64,000 bases of DNA from an uncultured Thermoproteales archaeon (GCA_965368245.1 CBDUMD010000003.1:16735-80734), one strand, 5' to 3'; counted from the first letter of the stretch, positions 49,571-58,449 are shown. Notes: generated by a model from the letters alone, not told the origin. Numbers and translations: made by a program.

Positions 49571-50213
49571 GTTACAATATGATAGATATTTAAACTACAT
49601 TGTATCTTATTCTGAACTTTTTGCAGAAACCTCTTGTCTTTTTTCAAGCTTTCTTTGATGCTCTTTGCTCGGTTGCCCAAATATTTTGAAAAGCTACCTG
49701 TATTTCGGCATTGACACTTTCCCCACTTTAGTGGGGAGATTCTTGCTTCTCGTGGGGGATTCATCGAAGCAGTGGCTGTGCCACCAGCCCGATGGACATA
49801 CCTCCATTACGGCGGGTGCCCATCCCCCTTCTGGAGAAAGGGGCTTTCCGGCGTCATATTTGTAACATGCTTTTTATCAATTTCCTCCAGTAAGTCTAAG
49901 TCCCTTAAAATTAGGGTTGACTTCGTTAGACAGGGGACAGGGAATCTAAATTTTGCTATAATTTTTAAACATCTTCTCGTAAGTTTGTATTCTCTTCAAT
50001 ATGTATCCAGGGCTCGGTTACTGAGCTTAAAGCAATAAAACCATACTCTCTTCCCTTTGCTCTTCTTCGCAGCTCTCTTTCAAGCAAAATCGGAGCATTT
50101 ATTTTAGCCGCTAAAACTTGCTTCACATTCTTTCTATATCTACTCCCCCGAATATAGCAGTAAATACAGTTAAAATCACAAAACCGATAAGGATTTAAAG
50201 AATAATCATCCAA
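49567..50213 (-). pseudogene. decayed radical-SAM gene (SplB/'DNA repair photolyase'-like): intact N-terminus, frameshift, then disrupted remainder
   Basis: 50213-49965 encodes ...NPYRFCDFNCIYCYIRG (CxxxCxxC). After the TAA at 49967-49965, homology-like sequence continues in another frame (IIAKFRFPVPCLTKSTLILRDLDLLEEIDKKH, from 49962). The shift sits at an A5 run, and further stops follow. Confidence 0.5.
49708..49856. other. GC-rich, hairpin-dense island of about 150 bp embedded in the radical-SAM pseudogene (structured RNA or inserted element; unassigned)
   Basis: Local hairpins read directly: CCCCAC-TTTA-GTGGGG (49721-49736), GTGGC-TGT-GCCAC, ATGGA-CATACC-TCCAT and CCCCTT-CTGGAGA-AAGGGG (49825-49843). 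Composition contrasts sharply with the AT-rich flanks. Confidence 0.3.
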
Positions 50214-50298
50214 AAACCATTCATCACTTTTTGTGTTTATTCAAAATCGTTTTTACAGAGACTAGTGGTTTATTTGGGTATTTAGGGTATTTTGGAGT

Positions 50299-50476
50299 TA
50301 TGGGAGCTCGAAGCTTATGTATGGTGTTTTACCTACTCGCCTTAGATGCCGTCAGGCTTAGCCGATGACAGCACTCCCCCGTAAGACCGCCTCTGTGGTG
50401 GCGGTCAATGTAGCCCCCGATAAACCACCAACTAGAGGCGAGGCGGCTAAGGGAGAAACCCACACAAGTTCCCATA
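50299..50476 (+). ncRNA. candidate structured ncRNA of about 178 nt (family not identified)
   Basis: Closing helix TATGGGAGCT (50299-50308) / AGTTCCCATA (50467-50476) has one G-T pair that works as G.U only on the plus strand. Nested helices: CTCGCCT (50336-50342) / AGGCGAG (50436-50442), GACCGCC (50385-50391) / GGCGGTC (50400-50406) and GTCAGGC-TTA-GCC(GA)TGAC. GC-rich island. Confidence 0.4.
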
Positions 50477-50808
50477 GTTTCAAAAATAACCTAAACACCA
50501 TGCACGGGCAACCACTTCCTTCATCATTTTATTTCACCAAAGAGATGTACAGGAGGTATCCTCACCGTTTCCTTCGCCTTCTTTCTTATATTCTAAATAT
50601 TTCTAAGGGAACGCTCTTCTATACTTTATCTATAACTAATCTTAATGAGACCCGCCAACGGACATATATGATCTGCAAAGTAGAAAATCCATCTTTCCGC
50701 TTTTCAACGGAGATCCCTGTTATCATTAAGGCGGGAAAGGGAGATCGAAGACCAAAAACAATATTTTTAAATGGAATGAAGCGATAGGGACAAACGGGGT
50801 GTGTAGGG

Positions 50809-51606
50809 ATAAAAAGAAAACTTGTCGCGATAAAACTTGGGGGATCAGCTATAACTATTAAAGATAAGCCTTGTACACCAAATGAGAAAGTACTATCTAG
50901 TGTGGCTGAACAGTTGGTGGAGTTATGGGAGGAGGGTTGGAAATTCATTCTCGTACATGGAGGAGGATCGTATGGTCATTGGACGGCAACAAGATATTCC
51001 GTCAACGAAGGCTATAAAGGGTTGCAGAGTATTAAAGGATACTTAGCTACAAGAAAAGCTATGTTGCTCCTAGATGAGGTTGTTTCAAAAATACTGGTAG
51101 AAACAGGTTTACCTGTAACACCTTTACACCCCTCCTGTCTAATAATAGCACGTAATGGTGTGATAGAGAAATTTTTCCTTGAACCCGTGAAAACGGCCTT
51201 AGTGAAGGGTTTCGTTCCCCTTCTACAGGGAGATGTAGTATTAGATCTAGATAAAGGCTTTTCCATAGTATCAGGTGACCAGATAATTTATTTCCTCGCG
51301 GAAAAATTCAAGCCGAGCAAAGTTGTATTTGGAACAGATGTAAAAGGAATATATGATAAAAATCCAAAACTCTACCCTGACGCAAAGCTATTTAGAAAAA
51401 TACCACTTAAACTCCTTAAAGCACTTGATACAAGTAAAATTATGGTGCCTGATGTTACAGGGGGACTTAAGGAAAAAATTAACTATGTTTCTAAAATAGT
51501 ATGTAAGGGGATACCGGTCTGCGTGGGGAGTTTAATTGAACCGAGAAATTTAATTAGAATGGTTAAAGGCGAGGAAGGGGACTATACGTTGATTCTAGGG
51601 TGGTGA
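50809..51606 (+). CDS. ipk: isopentenyl phosphate kinase (amino-acid-kinase fold); start codon unresolved
   Basis: ILVHGGGSYGH, VSGDQI, TDVKGIYDKNP and DVTGGLKEKI. The conserved N-terminal KLVAIKLGGSAIT lies in frame upstream of the first canonical start (GTG 50902), so I extend the call to ATA 50809 provisionally. Confidence 0.8.
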   Translation: MKRKLVAIKLGGSAITIKDKPCTPNEKVLSSVAEQLVELWEEGWKFILVHGGGSYGHWTATRYSVNEGYKGLQSIKGYLATRKAMLLLDEVVSKILVETGLPVTPLHPSCLIIARNGVIEKFFLEPVKTALVKGFVPLLQGDVVLDLDKGFSIVSGDQIIYFLAEKFKPSKVVFGTDVKGIYDKNPKLYPDAKLFRKIPLKLLKALDTSKIMVPDVTGGLKEKINYVSKIVCKGIPVCVGSLIEPRNLIRMVKGEEGDYTLILGW

Positions 51607-51685
51607 ATCAATATACTTTAACTGCTTTTTAGTTAAATTTATAAGTTTTAAGAAATAGTTTTCCTGCGACCGGAGGTTAGGGTCT

Positions 51686-51787
51686 ATGAGATCACGTATT
51701 TTTGACGAAGAAGAAGAGTGGTGGGAGGAGGAAGAGGAAGAAGAAGAGTGGGAAGAACTAGAGGAGGTCTGGGAGGAGGAATTTTAG
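51686..51787 (+). CDS. 33-aa hyper-acidic Trp-containing micro-ORF (MRSRIFDEEEEWWEEEEEEEEWEELEEVWEEEF)
   Basis: Too short for the ORF track. ATG 51686 is preceded by GGAGGT (51673-51678, 7-nt spacer) and a TATA-like AAATTTATAAG about 45 nt upstream. Stop TAG 51785-51787. Confidence 0.4.
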   Translation: MRSRIFDEEEEWWEEEEEEEEWEELEEVWEEEF

Positions 51788-51845
51788 TTTGGCAGTAAAA
51801 TAATTTGTTAATTTATTAGAAGCTTGAAAAGGAACTGATTTTCAA

Positions 51846-53063
51846 GTGTTTAGATGGATATCACCTGTAGATAGTTGGTGTTCATGTAAGTGGAGGTTAA
51901 TTAAATTACTTTCATGCTCCTTTTATCGATTCGTTATTTTAAGAGCTTTACTTAATAAAATTATAATAGATAAGAATGTTGGGGATGTGGAATTGATTCC
52001 AGAACTCATTGAGTATGCTCTACAGCATAGAGAAGAGATACTCGAGAATGCACAAAGCCTAAGAGTTAATAAAAAAGATGCTATAGAACGGTGGATTAAA
52101 TATAACCCTTCTTCTTTTGAAAGGGAGTTTAGGGTTTCAGCCACAGACGGTAGCCTCAATTTCATGGAGTTTAGAGGATTTATGTTGTATGCTATAAACG
52201 CGGTTTCTATTCTTTATTCGAGAAATGGTTTTGAAAAAGAGGTGAAAACCGGGAAAGTCGGTCTTCTACCTCCATCAGAGAACGTGCTAGAGAGGGTTAG
52301 AGCCCAAATGGGTATTTTGGAGGCTAAAACTACTTTGAATCTCATAGAGGAGGGCGAACTGGATCTTTCTTTAATAGATGGATCTTTTATAAGTTTTCTT
52401 GTTAAGCTTAGGGGTATTGAAAATGATATAAAAATGTTTATTAATCTGGATCCTGATTTCATGGAAAAATACATTAACGCTATTAATGAGCCTAAGCTTG
52501 ACATCCTCGCGGAGGAAAAGGCAACGGATATTATCGGCAGGGATCTTGATACAGATGTTCTTCTAAACTCGATGCTTACCCTCGAGAAGGTGGAGTTGCT
52601 GAATGTCTTAATTAAACTTTTTAGACGATATGGTGGAAAACTTGTGGCGATCTCCAAAACATCCACAAGTAGACGGTACTTCAGGTATAGCTTAAAGCCC
52701 GACCTAGTTATTTTCGATAAGCTTACTCAGAATACAGGTTTCTCCAAGCCTAATGTGGTTAAGTTATCTTTACCGAAAGCATTAAAAAATTATTTGGATT
52801 TTAGTGAGGATCTTATGTTCACGGTGTTTTATGCTCGGCTTGAACCGAGAGAACAGGTTTTTAGGATAGAGGTTTTTGGGGAAAGGAGTATGGAGGATAT
52901 TAAAAAATTACTTGATGACCTTTCAGTTTTCACGGTAAGGGGATACCCATATCCCCTTCGAAGAGCCCATCAGGAGGTTGAAATCCGTGGGGAAGATATG
53001 TTAAGAATCTACCGTATTTTAAGTCTCTATCATGAAGAGAGAGGGAGGGAGGTGTTGCTATGA
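51846..53063 (+). CDS. nurA: NurA 5'-3' nuclease
   Basis: FRVSATDGS and LSLIDGSF catalytic-Asp motifs. C-terminal VRGYPYPLRRAHQEV. The likely real start is in-frame GTG 51987 (TATA-like AAAATTATAATA about 25 nt upstream), because the Cys/Trp-rich first 47 codons look non-coding. Confidence 0.85.
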   Translation: MFRWISPVDSWCSCKWRLIKLLSCSFYRFVILRALLNKIIIDKNVGDVELIPELIEYALQHREEILENAQSLRVNKKDAIERWIKYNPSSFEREFRVSATDGSLNFMEFRGFMLYAINAVSILYSRNGFEKEVKTGKVGLLPPSENVLERVRAQMGILEAKTTLNLIEEGELDLSLIDGSFISFLVKLRGIENDIKMFINLDPDFMEKYINAINEPKLDILAEEKATDIIGRDLDTDVLLNSMLTLEKVELLNVLIKLFRRYGGKLVAISKTSTSRRYFRYSLKPDLVIFDKLTQNTGFSKPNVVKLSLPKALKNYLDFSEDLMFTVFYARLEPREQVFRIEVFGERSMEDIKKLLDDLSVFTVRGYPYPLRRAHQEVEIRGEDMLRIYRILSLYHEERGREVLL

Positions 53064-54553
53064 AACTTGGATACGTGGTTGGTGAAGCATCACCAACACA
53101 TGTAATTTTCATATCGAAAAAGCCTCCGAGACTGGGGCAATACGTTATCTTGGAATATGATGGAAAAAAGGTGCTGGGTATTGTTAGAAGGGTGGTTATG
53201 GGCAGTGTAGCTTTAAGCGAGGATATCCATGATCCCACTGTAGTAGAACGGATAAAAGATCTCGAAGGTGAAAGAGACTACTATATAAAGGGTATAATAA
53301 AAATACTTGGTGATGTCAAAAACCTCGAGATACCCCGTGTCCCTCCTCCACCTGCAACTGAGGTAAGAGAAGCTGATAGTTCAATTTTAAAGGATGTTTT
53401 CTCCTGTAAAGAGAAAGGTGTATGTATAGGTGTTCTTGCGTCAAACCCCGAAGTTCCTGTATATATTGATATAAATAGAATGGTTTCTAGACACCTGGCC
53501 ATACTGGCAATAACTGGTGCTGGAAAATCTAATACTGTAGCAGTTATAAGCGATGGTATTCTAGGGCTTGGCGGAGCCGTACTCATATTTGACATGCATT
53601 CAGAATATGTCGACGCTAGGTTTAGAAACGGTGACGTGAACCCGATTTCCCCAAGAGTAAATCCGTTACACCTGCATTTAAGCGAGCTACTGAAACTTTT
53701 AAATATCGATTACAAAGCCCATAGGCAGGAATATTACTTTAGAAAAGCTTTGAAGAAAGTTTATAATCACCTGAAAAGGCATCCGGAGGATACAGAGATG
53801 TTCTTTAAACTCCTAGTTAAAGCCCTTGATGATGTAGCTGAGGAGAGTAAATCCAGGGACGCAAAAAATGTAGTGATCTCGGTGCAGAACAAGCTAGAGG
53901 CCATGCAAGATAAATATGGTTTTATTATAGATCTCCAGGCTCCCTCAGTATTAAACCAGATAAAGCTTGGATATGTAAACGTAGTCGACTTGGGTGCTCT
54001 TGATGAGGATGCCTCTGATGTCATTGTAAGCCACTATCTAAGAACATTACTGTACTCCCGTAAAAGCTATAAAAGTACGGGAGAAGGGCTTGCCTTCCCA
54101 GTGTTTGTTGTGCTTGAAGAGGCTCATATACTGGCGCCCAAGGGCAGATCCACTCTCTCAAAATACTGGATAAGCCGTATAGCGCGTGAAGGTAGGAAAT
54201 TCGGTTTGGGACTATGTCTGGTCAGTCAACGGCCTAAAGCATTGGATCCTGACACCTTATCACAAGCCAATAACATGATAGTTTTGAGGCTCGTTGAACC
54301 ATCTGACCAAAGGTTCGTACAGCAAGCTAGCGAAACATTAAGTGAAGATCTTTTGGAGCAACTTCCTTCCCTCAATATCGGTGAAGCAGTCGTACTAGGC
54401 TTGATGGTTAAAATACCGGCTATAGTTAAAATAAATAAGTTTGAGGGCAAGCTTTCTGGAGGCGATATCGATATAGTTTCTGAATGGAAGAGGATACGCG
54501 AGGAAGAGCTGGAGCTAGAGAAAGCTTATAATGACATAACGGAGGAGTGGTAG
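53060..54553 (+). CDS. herA: HerA hexameric DNA translocase/helicase
   Basis: Walker A AITGAGKSNT, Walker B VVLEEAH and ARE GRKFGLGLCLVSQRP. ATGA overlap with nurA and GGAGGTG SD. Confidence 0.92.
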   Translation: MKLGYVVGEASPTHVIFISKKPPRLGQYVILEYDGKKVLGIVRRVVMGSVALSEDIHDPTVVERIKDLEGERDYYIKGIIKILGDVKNLEIPRVPPPPATEVREADSSILKDVFSCKEKGVCIGVLASNPEVPVYIDINRMVSRHLAILAITGAGKSNTVAVISDGILGLGGAVLIFDMHSEYVDARFRNGDVNPISPRVNPLHLHLSELLKLLNIDYKAHRQEYYFRKALKKVYNHLKRHPEDTEMFFKLLVKALDDVAEESKSRDAKNVVISVQNKLEAMQDKYGFIIDLQAPSVLNQIKLGYVNVVDLGALDEDASDVIVSHYLRTLLYSRKSYKSTGEGLAFPVFVVLEEAHILAPKGRSTLSKYWISRIAREGRKFGLGLCLVSQRPKALDPDTLSQANNMIVLRLVEPSDQRFVQQASETLSEDLLEQLPSLNIGEAVVLGLMVKIPAIVKINKFEGKLSGGDIDIVSEWKRIREEELELEKAYNDITEEW

Positions 54554-55699
54554 ATGGTGTTTTTTGCCCATATATCTGATACCCATCTGGGTTTTCGACA
54601 ATATAATCTACGTGAAAGAGAGCAGGATTTTTACGATGCATTTAACGAAGCAATAGACAAAATAATTAAAGAAAAAGTAGATTTCGTGGTACACTCCGGC
54701 GATCTTTTCGAATCTTCCAGACCATCCACCGAAGCTCTATTAGCGGTTTTAAAATCAGTTAAGAAGCTGGATGAAAAAGGTATTAAAATTTATGCGATTC
54801 CCGGGAGCCATGATCAGCCTAGAAGAAAGGGGCTCCCTCCACATGCATTATTTGAGCAACTTGGTGTAACAGTATTAAGGTCGAGCAAGCCCTTTGATGT
54901 TTTCGGCAAAAAAGTTTTCATAGGAGGGGTCGAATACACCCCACGTGCTTTCAAAAAGATTCTTATGTCAAAGATAGAGGCAATAGCCTCGAATTCTAAA
55001 AACTACAGTAAAAGGATACTTGTCCTCCATCAAGCGGTTCAACAATACCTCCCATTTGACTACGAACTTGATTTAAGCGACCTACCCACAAATTTTGACT
55101 ACTATGCTATGGGACATATTCATAAACGTTTAAAAACCAATTATGGTAGAGGAATTCTAGCATATCCTGGATCAACCGAAGTTTGGAGTAAAGACGAGTA
55201 TAATGAATACAGAAAAAACGGCAAAGGCTTCTATATTGTGGATTTAAGCGGCGACCAACCCTATGTACATGAAATCAACCTAGAGAACATTAGACCCCAC
55301 CTTGAATTCAAGGTAAAGAGTTCAGAGAACTTTGATAAAGAATTTGCAAAGATAATGGAGAAAATACGTTCCATAAGATTCAATAAGAAACCTGTAATTC
55401 ATCTTGAAATAAAGACAAGTTCGTCAATTAACAGGGTCTTTCTACAGAAACTTATCTCCAAGTACATCGAGCCTTACGCACTTGGCGTTAGATGGCAACT
55501 AGAGGAGAAGCCACTTACACCCGATCTATTAACCTTAGAAATGGATAAAATAAGTATCAAAGACCTTTTGAGGGAGTTTCTAAAGGATGAATCCAAAGCA
55601 AGTTTTGCCTACGAGCTTTTCAATCTATTATCCCAAGGCGATATTGAAGGCGCCGTAAACCAGGCACGTAAGTTCTATGAAAAAGGTGCTTGGAAATGA
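54554..55699 (+). CDS. mre11: Mre11 nuclease
   Basis: Phosphoesterase motifs HISDTHLG, HSGDLF, GSHD and GHIH. Confidence 0.92.
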   Translation: MVFFAHISDTHLGFRQYNLREREQDFYDAFNEAIDKIIKEKVDFVVHSGDLFESSRPSTEALLAVLKSVKKLDEKGIKIYAIPGSHDQPRRKGLPPHALFEQLGVTVLRSSKPFDVFGKKVFIGGVEYTPRAFKKILMSKIEAIASNSKNYSKRILVLHQAVQQYLPFDYELDLSDLPTNFDYYAMGHIHKRLKTNYGRGILAYPGSTEVWSKDEYNEYRKNGKGFYIVDLSGDQPYVHEINLENIRPHLEFKVKSSENFDKEFAKIMEKIRSIRFNKKPVIHLEIKTSSSINRVFLQKLISKYIEPYALGVRWQLEEKPLTPDLLTLEMDKISIKDLLREFLKDESKASFAYELFNLLSQGDIEGAVNQARKFYEKGAWK

Positions 55700-58449
55700 T
55701 ATTGAGAAAAATTATTCTAGAAAACTTTGTATCACACGATAATACGAAGCTACAATTCCCGGAAGGAATAATCGCTATAGTGGGACCTAATGGTGCAGGG
55801 AAAACAAGTATACTAGATGCCATAAGCTTTGCATTATATAAGGAACATAGCAGAGGAGGAACACTAGAAAATATTGTTAAAAGAGGAGCTGGAAAGGCTA
55901 CTGTCGTTCTCGAATTTGAAGCCAAGGGTAGGCTATATAAGGTTGAGAGGAGAGTGATGAAAAGTGGAAGAAGCGTAAAAAGTGATGTAAGAGTCTACGA
56001 GAATAATACGTTGAAGGCGTATACTGATTCTGAAGCAAATAAGCTCTTAGAGCGGATTATAGGGATGGATAAGACTCTTTTCCTAAATTCTATCTACATA
56101 AGGCAAGGTGAAATAGAGAAACTGGTTACTGCTAGACCTGCTGAAAGGAAGCAAATTATAGCCCGCCTAATGGGTATAGAGGATCTTGAAAAAGCTTTTC
56201 AAGAAATGCGGGAAGTGATTAAACCATTTGAAAATAAATCACATGAGCTTTATGGAAGGTTAAAGGCCAAAGACGAGATAATAAAGCTTTTAGTCGAGAA
56301 AAACTCCCTGCTGAACGGTAAACGAAAGGAGTTGGAAAAGGCTAGGCGAGAGTTAAACGATGTTCAGAATAAATATCGAGCACTAGAAAAAGCGCTAAGC
56401 GAATATGATGCTAAAGCAACAAAGTTCGTGGAATATAAATCACGTCTGGAGAACATTAGGAAGAGGATCACCGATATTAATTCCCGTTTGGATAACTTTA
56501 ACGAGGAGTATTCAAAGGCCTTAGAAGCCGCTAAAAAACTAGCTATTTTAGAGCCAAAGCTAGCCATAATGGATGTTCTTAAAGAATATTTAGCCCTTAA
56601 AGAAAGAGAGAATATTTTCTCGGAGAGAGTTGAAGAATTAAAGAAAAAGAGACAGGAAATTGAGGAACATAGACGTTTCATCGACAACAATAGAGATATT
56701 GAAGAAAAATACAATCGCCTAAAGAGTTTAGAGAAGGAATTTAAGGAGATCTTATCTCAACATTCAAACCTCCTTGGCAGACTTAAGGAGATTCAAAGAC
56801 AAATTATGGAACTCCAAGCATCCATTGAAACCATACAGAAACGGTTCGAAGACACCTTACATATGTTAATAAATACAGTACCTGAAGAATTTGTATCACC
56901 GCTCAGAGGATCTGAATACACGATCACCAGCTTTTCAAGCAACTTGGAAAAGATAATGGACCATTTAAGCAAGGATATGGAAAGAATGGAACATGATATA
57001 GAGTTTTTAAAAAATAAGAAACTGAAGATCAATTATAGCCTAGAGGAGATCGCCGCCAACATTAAGGAGATTTCTACATCAAGCCAGTGTCCGCTCTGCC
57101 ATAGTAAACTTACACCCGAGCATAGAGATGAATTACTTAAAGACCTGTTTAATACAAAAAGAGAGCTCGAAAAACTACTTCAAAACTTGGAGGAAGAAGA
57201 AAAAGATAAGATAAGGCGTCACGAGTTTCTTAGAAACACTCTTGAAAAGCTAGAGTCCGTCTTTAAAGGGAAACTAATGTTATTGTCAGAAAAATACAAG
57301 GAATATAATCTTAGATTCGATAATCTCAAAGGTGAAAGAGAGAAGATTAGGTTGGAATTAGAGGTTCTTGAAGAGGAGAAGAAGAGCATCCAAAAGAAGC
57401 TTGAAAGCCTTGAGGAAATAGAGCGAAATTACCGACGATTTCTCCTGGCTAAAGAATACCTTGAAAAGGTGAATGAAGAGGAGATAAACACTAATCTTCG
57501 CAACCTCTCCAGGGAGCTTTCGAACGTTAAGGCTAAAATAAGCCTTATTGAACAGGAACATGCGGAGGAAGTAAAAGATGTCGAGAAAAGGATAGATTAT
57601 TACCGTGAGCTGGAGAAAGAAGTTAGTGAACTACGAAGCATTGTAGCAAAAATACCCTTTTTGAAGGATATAATTGCGAAACTTGAGGACGAGAAAAGGC
57701 TGTTACAGGAGACTATGCAGGCTATACAAAAAGACCTCAAAGACCTCGGCTACGACGAAAATACTCACCTCCAGCTCAAGAAAGAAGAAGCCAGGTTAAG
57801 GGATCTGGAAAAAAGATTACTTTCAAAGACTTCTTCCCTCGAAGCAGATATCCTAAACCTTAAGAACGAGATCCTCGACCTTGAAAGGAAGCTAAACGAG
57901 ATTGGGAGAATCGAGGAAGAATATGCTCGTCTAAATGATTTCATAGGATTTCTCCGCAAAATACGTAAACTTTATGGCAAAGAAGGACTTCAAAAAATTG
58001 TAAGAAGGCGAGCTCGTCCACTATTAGAGCTTCACACAAAACAAATTTTCCAACATTTGAACTACGTTAACTTCGTTGATATACGTTTGGATGATAACTA
58101 CGAAATAACTCTCGTTACTCCACGTGGAGACGAGACAGCTGACATGATAAGTGGTGGTGAAAGGGTAGGATTGGCGTTAGCGCTCCGTTTGGCCATTGCA
58201 AGGGTGTTGGCAGGGGATAAAGTGGGTTTCCTGCTGCTGGATGAGCCTACAACACATTTAGATGAGGAACGTAGACGCTATCTTGTGGGTTTACTTAAAA
58301 AATTCTTTAAAGAGAAGGGGGGAATAATCCCTCAGCTTATAATAGTCACACATGAACGCGAACTAGAGGATGCAGCTGATTTAGTCTACAAAGTGGAGAA
58401 GAAAGGGGGGACTTCACACGTTTTTCTTGAAGCTGAACCCATAAGTTAA
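55696..58449 (+). CDS. rad50: Rad50 ATPase
   Basis: Walker A GPNGAGKTS, long coiled coil, zinc hook CPLC (SSQCPLCHS), signature SGGERV and Walker B LLLDEPTTHLD. ATG 55696 gives an ATGA overlap with mre11 (track start TTG 55690). Confidence 0.95.
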   Translation: MILRKIILENFVSHDNTKLQFPEGIIAIVGPNGAGKTSILDAISFALYKEHSRGGTLENIVKRGAGKATVVLEFEAKGRLYKVERRVMKSGRSVKSDVRVYENNTLKAYTDSEANKLLERIIGMDKTLFLNSIYIRQGEIEKLVTARPAERKQIIARLMGIEDLEKAFQEMREVIKPFENKSHELYGRLKAKDEIIKLLVEKNSLLNGKRKELEKARRELNDVQNKYRALEKALSEYDAKATKFVEYKSRLENIRKRITDINSRLDNFNEEYSKALEAAKKLAILEPKLAIMDVLKEYLALKERENIFSERVEELKKKRQEIEEHRRFIDNNRDIEEKYNRLKSLEKEFKEILSQHSNLLGRLKEIQRQIMELQASIETIQKRFEDTLHMLINTVPEEFVSPLRGSEYTITSFSSNLEKIMDHLSKDMERMEHDIEFLKNKKLKINYSLEEIAANIKEISTSSQCPLCHSKLTPEHRDELLKDLFNTKRELEKLLQNLEEEEKDKIRRHEFLRNTLEKLESVFKGKLMLLSEKYKEYNLRFDNLKGEREKIRLELEVLEEEKKSIQKKLESLEEIERNYRRFLLAKEYLEKVNEEEINTNLRNLSRELSNVKAKISLIEQEHAEEVKDVEKRIDYYRELEKEVSELRSIVAKIPFLKDIIAKLEDEKRLLQETMQAIQKDLKDLGYDENTHLQLKKEEARLRDLEKRLLSKTSSLEADILNLKNEILDLERKLNEIGRIEEEYARLNDFIGFLRKIRKLYGKEGLQKIVRRRARPLLELHTKQIFQHLNYVNFVDIRLDDNYEITLVTPRGDETADMISGGERVGLALALRLAIARVLAGDKVGFLLLDEPTTHLDEERRRYLVGLLKKFFKEKGGIIPQLIIVTHERELEDAADLVYKVEKKGGTSHVFLEAEPIS

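Noticed and set aside
49708-50476. The two GC-rich islands as RNase P RNA, SRP (7S) RNA or an intron-containing or split tRNA
   Set aside because: The expected conserved elements were not found: GAGGAAAGUCC / ACAGAA..GGCUUA in the proper order and spacing for RNase P, the GGAA-tetraloop plus AGCA helix-8 motif for SRP, and D- and T-arm consensus for tRNA. The islands are also separated by about 470 bp of pseudogene. They are kept only as unassigned candidates.
50365-50948. Track ORFs 50365-50787 (+, 140 aa) and 50619-50948 (-, 109 aa)
   Set aside because: The first runs through the structured GC island and has an implausible sequence. The second is antisense to the IPK 5' region. Neither has a motif or translation signals.
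51846-51986. N-terminal 47 codons of the nurA track ORF (MFRWISPVDSWCSCKWRLIKLLSCSFYRF...)
   Set aside because: The Cys/Trp/Phe-rich sequence is unlike NurA N-termini. A TATA-like element inside it places the transcript start near the in-frame GTG 51987, so it is probably promoter DNA that happens to be open.
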